This document shows, one piece after another, positions 1 through 11,740 of a stretch of DNA of 64,000 nucleotides. Numbering within the stretch: the stretch's first letter is position 1; every line of letters begins with the position of its first letter. Under the pieces are notes generated by a model. The model did not search any database. It was not told the DNA's origin and saw only the letters and a list, made by a program, of their open reading frames with translations. The position numbers and the translations under genes are program-made. The DNA lies in contig OX597820.1 in assembly GCA_951406725.2 (NCBI GenBank), forward strand, positions 77,376,001 through 77,440,000. Reading direction: 5' to 3'. The stretch is from Octopus vulgaris (lineage: Eukaryota).

Positions 1-155
1 ATGCGATTAAAGTCAAAATACCCTGGTTACAGCAATTCATATGCAAGTTAAGTGAAATACGAGCACAACTGAAATGCAAAAGAATGTATTGAAGGATCAT
101 AAGGAAAAGGTATGAGAATAATAATCAATGAGCTATACGTTATAGCTATGAACAT

Positions 156-541
156 GGATGGAAGCACTCCGTCGGTTACGACGACGAGGGTCCCGGTTGA
201 TCCAATCAACGGAACAGCCTGCTCGTGAAATTAACGTGTAAGTGGCTGAGCACTCCACAGACACGTGTACCCTCAACGTAGTTCTCGGTGATATTCAGCG
301 TGACACAGAGAGTGACAAGGCCGGCCCCTTGAAATACAGGTACAACAGAAACAGGAAGTAAGAATGAGTGAAAGTTGTGGTGAAAGAGTACAGCAGGGAT
401 CACCTCCATCCCTGCCGGAGCCTCGTGGAGCTTTAGGTGTTTTCGCTCAATAAACACTCACAACGCCCGTTCTGGGAATTGAAACCGCGATCCTACGACC
501 GCGAGTCCGCTGCCCTAACCACTGGGCCATTGCGCCTCCAC
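156..541 (-). mobile_element. tRNA-derived SINE, family A, full length
   Basis: Minus strand starts GTGGAGGCGCAATGGCCCAGTGGTTAGGGCAGCGGACTCGCGG with A-box and B-box-like motifs. Perfect 10-bp target-site duplication CTATGAACAT at 146-155 and 542-551. Homologous copies occur elsewhere in the window. Confidence 0.9.
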
Positions 542-628
542 CTATGAACATATATGTGTTACAGATAAATTCCCCTATTTACATAATATCGAGGTCTCAT
601 TCATTCTTTTGCTGTCATACTATTACTA

Positions 629-699
<71 letters not shown>

Positions 700-779
700 A
701 TATATATATAAAGTAAGAAGTAAAAAGTATTAAGTAAAACGTCAAAAGGAAGAGTAAGTAGGGTTAGGCAGCTTTTTTA

Positions 780-901
780 ATCGCTACAAATGTTTCGATA
801 CATACATGTCCTCGTATATACAGGATTTAAAGTTACGTTTAAGTTAAATTATTTAACAATTTACCTGTTTTAGAAGATCTATATGTATCTCCTCAAGCGA
901 T
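780..901 (-). ncRNA. Type I hammerhead-ribozyme-like motif with long helix II (C3U variant), in a TA-flanked PLE-type fragment
   Basis: Minus strand: ATCGC-TTGAGGA-GATACATA...TATGTATC-GAAA-CATTTGTA-GCGAT. Helix I 5 bp, helix II base 8 bp, GUA triplet. Confidence 0.65.
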
Positions 902-1002
902 ATTCAGTTGCTGTCTTCGTAAGTAAATCTTGATTTCTATGCTACAACATCCATGTATATATATATATATATATATATTTGTTACTTCAGCTGGCACAGA
1001 TG

Positions 1003-1195
1003 AGTTGTACCTGTAATTCAAAGGGCCAGCCTTATCACATTCTCTGGTACGTTGAATCCCTTGAACTACGTCAAGGGTACGAGTGGCTTTGGAGTGCTCA
1101 GTCACTTGCACATTAATTTCACGAGCAGGTTGTTATGTTAAGCGGATGAACTGCTGGAGCCCACTGCTGGAGCCCTCGTCGTTGAAGGCCGACGA
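1003..1195 (+). mobile_element. SINE family A, diverged 3' fragment
   Basis: Shares GGAGTGCTCAGTCACTTGCACATTAATTTCACGAGCAGG with the other family A copies. Confidence 0.75.
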
Positions 1196-1670
1196 TGTGA
1201 TCTATAATTATGTTTGCGTGTGTGTGTGTGTTTATGTATGTATGCATGTATGTATGTATTACACTTAAACAAAAAATATTATTAACCGTGTCTTCGATGT
1301 TGCGGTTAGCTAGACCGTCAACCAGGTGCAGTGCAAAGACGTCAATCATGGCTTTATATAGTCCCTGTTGTGTTAAAATTTGTCTCTTCTTTATGAGTGG
1401 AGTGGTATTTAAATTTTATGGTGGTTCTGTTTTGGAAGTTAGTTATAAGAGAGATGAGTATTTTCCATCATTTTAGGTTTCATTGGATTTAATCCTTTGC
1501 TTTTACAAGTTAAACGCCTAATTTCCAGTACTTAAAACTTTAGTAATTGGGTGTATTATCTATTTCACAATGGAAATTTTTCGGGGAAGAGGGTTCTCAA
1601 AATGAATAAATTCAATGAAACCATAAACAGCTAAATCTACTATCTTATCATCTTATCATCCCTGCTGTAC

Positions 1671-3273
1671 TATCTTATCACGCGGGACCAAGTCAAACGT
1701 GTTATTCAAGGCCTCGATATCAACAAGGGTCACGGCCCTGACGGCATACACCCACGGGTTATCAAAGCGTTGGCTCCGGTCATCTGCGAGCCCTTAACAC
1801 GACTATTCAATATGTCATTGGCGACGGGTGTTATACCTGCAGACTGGAGAACAGCGATAATCTGCCCAATTTTCAAGAAAGGGAGCCGCGAAGACCCGCT
1901 TAACTACCGACCGGTTTCCCTTACATCAATAATCAGCAAGATGTTCGAAACCATCCTTAAGAAAAGTATGATGCTCCACCTCCTAAACACAGCCTCGATC
2001 ACTGATTCCCAACACGGCTTCGTGCCGAAGAGATCATGCTTGACCAACTTACTAGTAATGGAAAAATTGGTGACGCGCATCCTCGATGATAGTGATGCTG
2101 TTGACATCGTTTTATTGGACTTTGCCAAAGCTTTTGACTCGGTAAACCACCGCCTACTACTTGTCAAGCTTCAAGCATATAGTTTCCATCCGGATATTGT
2201 ACGATGGGTTCGTGCCTTCCTCTCAGATCGCTCCTTCCAAGTTCAAGTTAATGGTTCGCGGTCCGACGTCTCCAGTGCGAGCAGTGGCGTGCCTCAAGGT
2301 TCAGTGCTTGGGCCCTTGTTGTTCTTAGTCTTCATAAATGACTTGCCCGACGACCTCACGCAACACACCCTTCTATTTGCCGACGATATCAAACTGGTCG
2401 CTCCTCGCGGTAGTATAGAGGATCTTCGTCGATGCCTCCACCAAATTTGGAAGTGGTCTAACGATTGGGACCTGTGTCTGAACGTGTCAAAGTGCTGTCA
2501 TCTGCCTGTCGGCTCTACTCCTGCAACTCAACTTGATTTCGAGCCGGGTCGTCTGCTGCTGGAGAGGACCGATCAGGTAAAGGACCTGGGTATCTTGGTG
2601 GATTCCTCCTTTTCGCCTTCGGCCCAGTGCGTCCATGCTGCCAACAAAGAGCGCGGAATTCTGTTTTTGATTCGACGGTCATTCGGAATGCTCACAGCAG
2701 CCATATTCCTGCCACTCTATGTCACGCTGGTGAGACCCATATTGGAGTATGGGATTCAAGCCTCTTCTCCTTATCTCCTCAAAGACATACAGCACCTCGA
2801 AAGAGTCCAGAGGCTGGCTACCCGCATGGTTCATGGTCTCAAAAATTTGTCCTACGAAGAAAGGCTGAGGACGCTCGACCTTTATTCTCTTGAAAAACGC
2901 CGCCGCCGTGGTGATCTCATTCTCGCCCACAACATCATAAGCGGGAAGTGTAACCTCTCGAAAGAGCTGTTCTTCACTCCTGCTCCGGAGCGTCGGCTGC
3001 GGGGTCATTCCGAAAAGCTCTACCTGCGACGATTTCATCTCAATCGAAGGAGAGGAGCTTTTTCCGTCCGGGTTGCGGATCCGTGGAACAAGCTGCCAGA
3101 CGAGATGGTGAAGATGCCGACGACCGCTTTGTTCAAAGCCTCCCTGGACCTCAAGTGGCCTGAACTCTTTACATGAACACCACCCTGTACTTAACTCCAT
3201 GTCCTCCTACATGGCCTTGCTATTTGCTTTTGAGCCAAATTAACTAACGAACTAACTAACTAACTAACTAACT
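1671..3273 (+). mobile_element. 5'-truncated CR1-clade LINE with short 3' UTR and (TAAC)n tail
   Basis: GC-richer than flanks. The frame is open upstream of the annotated start (RDQVKRVIQGLDINKGHGPDGIHPRVIK). 3' UTR ~3177-3240, tandem TAAC tail ~3241-3273. Confidence 0.92.
1770..3176 (+). CDS. LINE ORF2 reverse transcriptase and C-terminal region; endonuclease lost by truncation
   Basis: Motifs NYRPVSLTS, QHGF, DFAKAFDSV, SGVPQGSVLGPLLF, FADD, RRRRGDLI and RGHSEKL...WNKLP typical of CR1-group ORF2. No internal stops. The TTG start is not a real initiation site. Confidence 0.93.
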   Translation: MAPVICEPLTRLFNMSLATGVIPADWRTAIICPIFKKGSREDPLNYRPVSLTSIISKMFETILKKSMMLHLLNTASITDSQHGFVPKRSCLTNLLVMEKLVTRILDDSDAVDIVLLDFAKAFDSVNHRLLLVKLQAYSFHPDIVRWVRAFLSDRSFQVQVNGSRSDVSSASSGVPQGSVLGPLLFLVFINDLPDDLTQHTLLFADDIKLVAPRGSIEDLRRCLHQIWKWSNDWDLCLNVSKCCHLPVGSTPATQLDFEPGRLLLERTDQVKDLGILVDSSFSPSAQCVHAANKERGILFLIRRSFGMLTAAIFLPLYVTLVRPILEYGIQASSPYLLKDIQHLERVQRLATRMVHGLKNLSYEERLRTLDLYSLEKRRRRGDLILAHNIISGKCNLSKELFFTPAPERRLRGHSEKLYLRRFHLNRRRGAFSVRVADPWNKLPDEMVKMPTTALFKASLDLKWPELFT

Positions 3274-3575
3274 GCATACAAGACGGAACACATAAATATT
3301 CACGCGAGCTTAAAAAGTTCTATGTACAAGGGTAAATCCCAAACAATAACACAACCTAGATTTTATCAATAAAAATTTCTCCTCCAAAACACCTCTACCT
3401 AACAACCCATCCTAAAACTTAATTCCCACTCCACTCAAATCCACACACCCAAGGATGATTTTAACTCAACAGAGGCGATATCAAGCCATGATTAATTTCA
3501 GCGTATCGCAGTCTCACGGTGAATTAATTAGCAGAAACTTCGAAGCCACTTTCAATAGTATTCTTGCTTAAGTGC

Positions 3576-3640
<65 letters not shown>

Positions 3641-3802
3641 AGGCGCAGGAGTGGCTGTATGGTAAGTAGCTTGTTTATAACCACATGGTTCCGGGTTTAG
3701 TTCCACTGCGTGGCACGTTGGGCAAGTGTCTTCTACTATAGCCCCGGGCCGACTAAATCCTTGTGAGTGGATTTGGTAGACGGAAACTGAAAGAAGCCCG
3801 TC

Positions 3803-3860
<58 letters not shown>

Positions 3861-4060
3861 TTGTGTATCTGTGTTTGTCCCGCTAGCATTGCTTGACAAC
3901 CGATGCTGGTGTGTTTATGTCCCCGTTACTTAGCGGTTCGGCAAAAGAGACCGATAGAATAAGTCCCGGGGTCGAGTTGCTCGATTAAAGGCGGTGCTCC
4001 AGCATGGCCGCAGTCAAATGACTGAAACAAGTAAAATAAATAAATAAATAAATAAATAAA
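3641..4060 (+). mobile_element. tRNA-derived SINE, family B, with internal (TA)n(TG)n microsatellite
   Basis: Head GGCGCAGGAGTGGCTGTATGGTAAG, a TTGGGCAAGTGTCTT CORE-like segment, and tail CCAGCATGGCCGCAGTCAAATGACTGAAACAAG followed by an A-rich repeat. Confidence 0.9.
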
Positions 4061-4859
4061 TATATATATATATATATATACACATAGCATACACGTGTGG
4101 GTGTGCGCGATCGTGTGAGGAGAGTTTAGAAGAAGAGAGATTGTCTAGTCGCTCGAGAATTACAATAATGAAAATAGTTTTTGTACATATTTACACCTAT
4201 AAATCAAAAGAAAGCAGCGTTGAGGTTATTTATGTGTGTTGATATTTAAGATTTTTTTGCACTTTCAGATGTTATCAGTATATTAAATTTTGATTGATGC
4301 GGTTGAAAGGCTTGTTTTTTAGCCAATAAAGGAAGAAAATTAATTAGAAGGATATGTGTGTGTATGTGTGTCTGTCTGACTGTCTCTCTGCCTGGCCGTC
4401 CTTCCGTGTGTCCGTCTGCATGTATACGCACGAACATGAAACTACTTGTCTAAGTATTAATCTACTTTTGTCATCTCTTTTCCCTCCAAGCACTTATGAC
4501 AGCGACAGCTGACTAGGTCATTTTATCTAAACTAGAACGCAAGATTTCCACGTTCATATTTGAATGCTTTCTCTGTTTCTATAATATTATTTTCTTTTAT
4601 TCATTCCCTAACTTGATGGACATATAACAACAGACCAGCCGACACTAAAACTATCTAGTGAGACATTTTTATCAATGTACCTGCAGAGACCTAGACTGAT
4701 GGGTCAAAACATATGTTGTACGTCATAAAAGTCTAATACGAAACACATCTATTATTTAATACTATTACCCTCGCTCCCATTGCGGAGTTCCTGACGTAGA
4801 TCCAGCGGGAGTGTGCCACAAATGCGGATGACATCAGATAAACTAAATATCTGGTAGGC

Positions 4860-4935
4860 CCGATATTCCACGCAGTGGAGTTGAACACGTAATCATGTTG
4901 TTTGGAAGCAAACTTCTTACCACACAATCCCCACC
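4860..4935 (-). mobile_element. SINE family B head fragment
   Basis: Diverged reverse complement of the family B tRNA-like head. Confidence 0.55.
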
Positions 4936-5144
4936 TTTTTTTATTAATTTTCATTGACATTCACATTTCAAATATGAATTACAATTACAATATAACATAA
5001 ATAAATATATCTTTTTTGTTGACAATTTTATAGACATTTTCAACCTCATAAATCAAGATATAATTTACTACCAATATAAGATAGCAGAACAATTATATTA
5101 ATATTTCCCTCGAGTCAATCAACTTACTTCCTCGTATTCGAAAA

Positions 5145-5584
5145 AATGCTTCGGCGGAGGTAAAGATCACGGACCTTTGAGATTTTTTTTAAGAGAACAC
5201 ACTATATCGATGGGGGAGATTTCGAATCTACAAAAAAAAAAAAAAGGCATTTCAAAATTTTAATACTGCTACCCACACTTTCTTAAATTTTCACTTAAAA
5301 ATTTATTTTGAAGGCGAAATACGTAGAAAAATACGGAGATTATTATTCTGAAAAACCATTAAAATTGGTAAAATTTCAATTAAAAAAAAAAATAATAATA
5401 GTAGGCGTAGGAGTGGCTCTGTGGTAAGTAGCTTGCTTACCAACCCGGAACCATGTGGTTCCGGATTCATTCCCACTGCGTGGCACATTGGCCAAGTGTT
5501 TTCTACTATAGTCTCGGGCCAACCAAAGCCTTGTGAGTGGATTTGCTTGACGGAAACTGAAAGAACCCCGTCCTATGTGAATGT

Positions 5585-5634
<50 letters not shown>

Positions 5635-6795
5635 ATGTGTGTGTATATGCTTGTGTGTCGGTATTTGTCTCCCAACATCGCTTGACAACCGATGCTGGTG
5701 TGTTTACGTCCCCGTAACTTAGCGTTTCGGCAAAAGAGACAAATAGAATAAGCGCTAGGCTTACAAAGAATAACTCCTGGTGTCGATTTGCTCGACTAAA
5801 GGCGGTGCTCCAGCACGACCGTAGTCAAATGACAGAAAAAGTTAAAAATGTAAAGAGTAAAGAGTAAGAACTAAACACCCCTCCCATCGACCCAATGACA
5901 AGATATAAAATTAAAGTGTTTCCTCTACTAATGTTTCATGTCAAACATAACCCAACATGTTGTGGTCAGGTCTTTTTGGAATTAAGATAGGTATGTAATA
6001 ATTAGAGTTTTTGCTCACACACACACACACACACAAATGAAATTTAATTCTTTGTTCCTTTCTGGTAATTCGTATTTATCCTAGTTGATCTTAGGTTTGG
6101 CTGTTGTTTCTAGCTTGTTCGATTTCTGGTTGGGGGTGTACTTAAAAACTGAACATTTTGAAACACCTAAAACACGTTTTCATTCTTTGCCCCTCTGGCA
6201 AAGAGAAATTTCACTTTCTGATATAGGGTGAAGGTGAGGGGTGGGTTTTTTTTTAATAATTGAAATTTTACAAACAATTTATTTTAGAATCATTATCTCC
6301 GTATGTTTCTACGCATTTCGCCAAAATATATTTTGAAAATAAGTGAAAAATTAAGAAATTGGGGGCAAGGGGTGAGATTTAAGTTTTGAATTTTTTTCTT
6401 TTTTCGGTAATTCGTGTCAAAATTTTGAAAACGTGCTTCTAACATGTTAGATACTTTTTGTGTCTACTATTTTATAATTCTATGTATACTTGAAATATTA
6501 GTAGAGAAAACACTTTAATTTCACTTCCTGTCATAGGGCGGATGAGGGGAGAGGTGTTTATTCATTTTTTTGAAAAAGTGAAATTTTACCTCTTTTTTTT
6601 TTTCAGAATCATAGTCTCCGTATTTCGTCCCAAACAATTCTTTAAAACAGTGAAAATTTAAGAAATTGTGGTGTGAGAATTAGAATTTTGAAATGCGTTT
6701 TTTTTTTTGGCAGATTAGGAATCTCCGCCCTTCATATAGTGTGTTCTTGTAAAAAAATCCCAAAGGTCCATGATCTTTATCTCCGCTAATGCTTC
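5145..6795. mobile_element. Non-autonomous foldback/MITE-like element with long imperfect terminal inverted repeats, interrupted by a SINE B
   Basis: 5145-5400 plus 5870-5945 is an inverted match to ~6485-6795 (GCGGAGGTAAAGATCACGGACCTTTGAGATTTTT vs AAAAATCCCAAAGGTCCATGATCTTTATCTCCGC). A third partial subunit lies at ~6240-6400. Confidence 0.75.
5403..5868 (+). mobile_element. SINE family B, full length
   Basis: Head, internal microsatellite and GTAAAGA-repeat tail are all present. Confidence 0.9.
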
Positions 6796-7121
6796 TTATA
6801 TGATATACGCTCTGATCGGTGTTTCGTTAACACGCAAAAATTACAAAATAAACTTAGTCACATACTGCTACAAGTTCTGTGCTTGATAATTCATGTTCGC
6901 TCATGTTTAACGCCATACACGTACGTACATGCACATGCATACATATACACATACATACATACATGCATGCATGTATGCATGCATGCATACATACATACAT
7001 ACATGCATGCATACATACATACATACATACATACATACATACATACATACATACATACGTATGTGTGTGTGTGTGTGTATGCGTGTGTGTGTGTTTGTTT
7101 GTATGCGTAGAAATAATATGC

Positions 7122-7253
7122 ATCGCTACACGCGTTTTCGCAAATCACGCTTCTTATGATCATTTTCTGCAGTCCTGGGATGATTACAGTGCAATCCGTA
7201 AAATCCATGGATATCAGTGCGATCATGTTTATGCATTCATTTCTTCCGGCGAT
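7122..7253 (-). ncRNA. Degenerate type I hammerhead-like motif with long helix II region
   Basis: Minus strand: ATCGC-CGGAAGA-~100 nt-GAAA-ACGCGTGTA-GCGAT. Helix I is identical to that at 780-901. It lies downstream of a PLE RT relic. Confidence 0.5.
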
Positions 7254-7419
7254 ATAGCATTAACGGGTGTTTAACTGAGGGTTTTGTATCATTTATGATC
7301 AGTGAGAATGCTGATTGAGGTATGTGGGCTTTTCTGTGTGTATTTGGTGGGCAGGAATAGAAAGTGATAGAAAGGGAGGAAGGAAGTGTACTTATAAGAT
7401 GGTGGTGGCGTGTGGTGAT

Positions 7420-7900
7420 GTGTGACTTACTTTGGTATTTGAGAATGGAGCTGTTTGAATGGGTAGTATAGTTTTAGGTTTAAGCTTATTCACAGCAGGC
7501 GCCTTCTCAATGAATTCAGAAGTAGTCGGGTCAGCAGCAACTACAGCCATTAGAGTCATTCAGGTGCTGGAATTCATTATCTGAATTGACAAATATTTTC
7601 TTAAAAGACCCTTTTAATTACAAAAACACTGCCTAAAACGCTTAATTCTTGCAGGTAGCCTACTACTAAATGCAATTCTTTCATTCTGGATTTTTAAGCG
7701 GAGTCTAAGACAATGCGAAAAATTTCTGTTATGGGTTTAAATCAAGTTCTACAAACTGTTTATAGCAACTTTTGTGAGATACATCTGCATATACAGAGAC
7801 GATCATGAGAAGTTCAATGGGATTGTACGTTTTCTTATTTCCATACCAGTGTCTGAAACGGTTTCTTGCAAATACCACCTAATGCACATTGTAGTTGGTC
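7420..7900 (-). pseudogene. Decayed Penelope-like RT thumb region
   Basis: Frameshifted minus-strand translation gives KP..DTG and FSHCLRLRLKIQNEEL...RLQEL-like segments resembling PLE thumb motifs. Confidence 0.5.
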
Positions 7901-7974
7901 TATAAAAAACACTTTGCAAATGCATTGAGCGCGATTATTCATACACACTTTATAATTAGTATATATATATATAC

Positions 7975-8511
<537 letters not shown>

Positions 8512-8552
8512 ATTATTACACAATGAAAAATGAAAAGTTCTGCATACACGTG

Positions 8553-9805
8553 GGATAAGAAAGAAAAGAAATGTAAAAGTCCCAGAAAGTTTGTATAATA
8601 AAGTTTAGGGTGATATTAGGAATTACATCATTATATCATTGCAAATTAAATAAGTGCAAGCAAAAGACATATTTTATAAAACAACAGATGCAAAACAATA
8701 CCTTCTCTTAAGCTATCGCCATCCTAGACACACAAAAACACATCCGCTTCAACCTTGCAAAAAGAATCTGCACTTTTGTCTCAGGGAAAATAACTAGAGA
8801 ATTACGACTACAACTACTGAAAAAACGTCCTCCTGGATAGACACTACCCAATCCAAATTATTAATGAAAGAATAAAACGCGTCAAATCTATCAGCACCGA
8901 GACATTAAGAAAAACCAAAGACGTTAACAAACCTCTCCTTAAAACACTATCTTAAATTTCCACATAGAACCCCAGAAACAAAGAAGCATTCAGCACAATC
9001 ATACAGAACCTACCAATACTACACAAGGACCAAAAAGTAAAAGGAAATTTACGTGACATTGAAATTGTCAAGAGCAACGAACAATCTAAGCCATTAAAGA
9101 ATCTGCTAACTAATGCAAAATTATTCCCCTCCAAAACAAGCCTCAAAATAAAAAAAAAATGTAATCGCCCCAACTGTGGAACATGCCCCAACCTTTTGGA
9201 AGGGTCTGAATACTATTTAAAACAAGGGGAACACCTTACAATTAAATCAAATTTCACTTGTGCATCCGAAAATCTGATCTACGTAATCAGATGCTCGGGC
9301 TGCCAGAAAGACTACATCGGTAGCTCTGGGAATTCTATCCGTCAACGTTGTACGGTGCATCGTCAACAGATAGCCTCACCACAATAACGCCAAAATTTAT
9401 CTCAGTTAACATATCGACGTATGTACGAAACAAATAAAACCTAAATTCAGTATATTTCCTCTATATAATTTCGCTGGCTGGAGTTCAACACAAGCCCGAC
9501 TCAGTAAAGTAGCATATTTCATCCAAAATTACAAACCTGAACTTAACACCAATTCATTTTGATTGTATTACTAATTACCACTTAATTACTTGACTCCTGG
9601 ACACCCATTCATATTCAAATCTGAATCACGAGAGGTCCGACATGACTCTTATGAAGAAAGTATTCATATCTAAGTAATTGCTTTGTCATTCATTTTCTAT
9701 TAGACTGATATATTTTATTCCTTTATGGAATTTCAACATATACCATAAAGTTATATATGTATTTTTAGTTACAAATTTTTAGTTACAAATTACTGTTCAT
9801 ACTTA

Positions 9806-9870
<65 letters not shown>

Positions 9871-10252
9871 CACAAGAGATAATAAAATATATGCATATAC
9901 GGTCATTCACACATTACTGCTTAATCTTTAAAATCTAGTACGGTAATACAACTAACTGTATATAAAATGAAATGACTCCTGTAACTGCTTGCTTGCCAAA
10001 AACCCTGAAGAGCTTCATGAAAAGATAAGAGTTGCACCCCTTGTCATATTGCTTCACCTCTGTTCGCTTTTTACAAAGATGGCGTCCAATTGATAGCAAG
10101 AAAGTTTTCCCTATATGAATTGACAAACGTTTGATCGTGAAAGCAGTACTTATTTAATTTGTAATGATGTAATGATGTAATTTGATCCTAATATCTCCAT
10201 AAACTTTATTATACAAACTTTCCGTAACTTTTACATTTCTTTTATTTCTTAT
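8553..10252 (+). mobile_element. Penelope-like retroelement relic (Neptune-like) with inverted 5' terminal repeat
   Basis: Thumb remnant TTDAKQYL...HPRHTK at ~8680-8740. Cys-rich linker CNRPNCGTC and GIY-YIG remnant SNFTCASENLIYVIRCSGCQKDYIG...RQRCTVHRQ at ~9160-9390. 8553-8657 is an inverted copy of ~10146-10252. Confidence 0.85.
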
Positions 10253-10300
10253 ATATCTATAACTTACTTGGAAAAGGATTCGTGGCGTTCAATAATATAA

Positions 10301-10349
<49 letters not shown>

Positions 10350-10643
10350 TATTTGGAGAACAGAAAAGAAACGAAACGACGCGAGGGCGCTCAGTCATGC
10401 AATAAATTAATAAATAAAGTATATGCATACATACATACATATATGTACGTACCTACATCTACATGTATATATACATGCATATATAAATATATATATATGT
10501 GAGTACAGGACACCACAAATAAACGTAGAACTCTACGAGAAACGAAAATGTAAAAACAAACATGAAAACAGACTTTTTTAACAACGAAAAAACAGAGTAC
10601 AAGACAAACAATACAAGGAAAATTCCACTTCATCAGCTGTCCC

Positions 10644-10872
10644 TAGTTCGACTCCATGCGTGTTTCGAATGTAAGGACAGAACACGACTCGTCGAACTAG
10701 CCGTTCCTGCGAAAGAATTACATAAAATTCCTTTGCAGAGGGGTAAAAACATTTTTTCCTTTCCTTGTTTTTACCCTCTGTAAAGGAATTTTATTTAATT
10801 CTTTCGCAGGAAGGGCTAGTTCGACGAGTCGTGTTCTGTCCTTACCTTCGAAACACGAATGGCGTCGAACTA
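10644..10872. repeat. ~105-bp-arm inverted repeat (foldback) within a TA-flanked repeat family F unit
   Basis: 10644-10751 is the reverse complement of 10767-10872 with a few mismatches and a ~15-nt spacer. Confidence 0.9.
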
Positions 10873-10882
10873 TATATATATG

Positions 10883-11224
10883 CATATGTAGGCACAGGAC
10901 GCCAGGAAATATTTACAACAAAAAAGTATGAAGCACGAGTACATGGAACATGAACTATTCTTTCGAACAACGACAGACAGAAATGGACAATCCCAAATTG
11001 TATTTAATTTGGCTTGCTGGAGCAACTGATTCATTGAAAGCGTATATTGCTGTTAAATGTTCGAAATACGAGACAAGACAAACAGCCAACAACTGATGGA
11101 GGGTCGTTCCTTACGTTTGTTTTGTTTTCCATTTGTGTCTTTCGAACAATAGTTCATTTTCCCTGTACTCGTGCTTTGTATCTTTTCTTGTGCACCTTTC
11201 GTGACGTCCTGCGCCCACATATGC
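10883..11224. repeat. Second, more diverged inverted pair of family F ends
   Basis: ATGTAGGCACAGGACG...GCACGAGTACA...ATGAACTATT versus AATAGTTCAT...TGTACTCGTGC...CGTCCTGCGCCCACAT. Confidence 0.75.
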
Positions 11225-11416
11225 ATATACATATATATATATATATGCATATATATATATACATATATATATATACACACATACATATATATATATATAC
11301 ATGTATACATTTATATATATATATATATATGTGTGTGTATATACGTATACATATATATATACATATACACATATATATATACATATATATATACATACAT
11401 ATATATATACATATAC

Positions 11417-11482
<66 letters not shown>

Positions 11483-11681
11483 ATATACGTTTATACAGAT
11501 ATATATATATGTATATATATATATATTTATGCATATATATATCTATATTTATGTATATTTATATATGTATATATGTATATATATACATATATATACATAT
11601 ATATATGTATATATATATGTATATATATATATATGTATATACATATATATGTGTGTGTTTATATATATATATATATGTATA

Positions 11682-11735
<54 letters not shown>
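11220..11735. repeat. Compound TA/CA/TG low-complexity tract
   Basis: Directly visible. Confidence 0.95.

Positions 11736-11740
<5 letters not shown>

Noticed and set aside
2679-3200. 173-aa antisense ORF
   Set aside because: Shadow of the LINE RT frame with no recognisable motifs.
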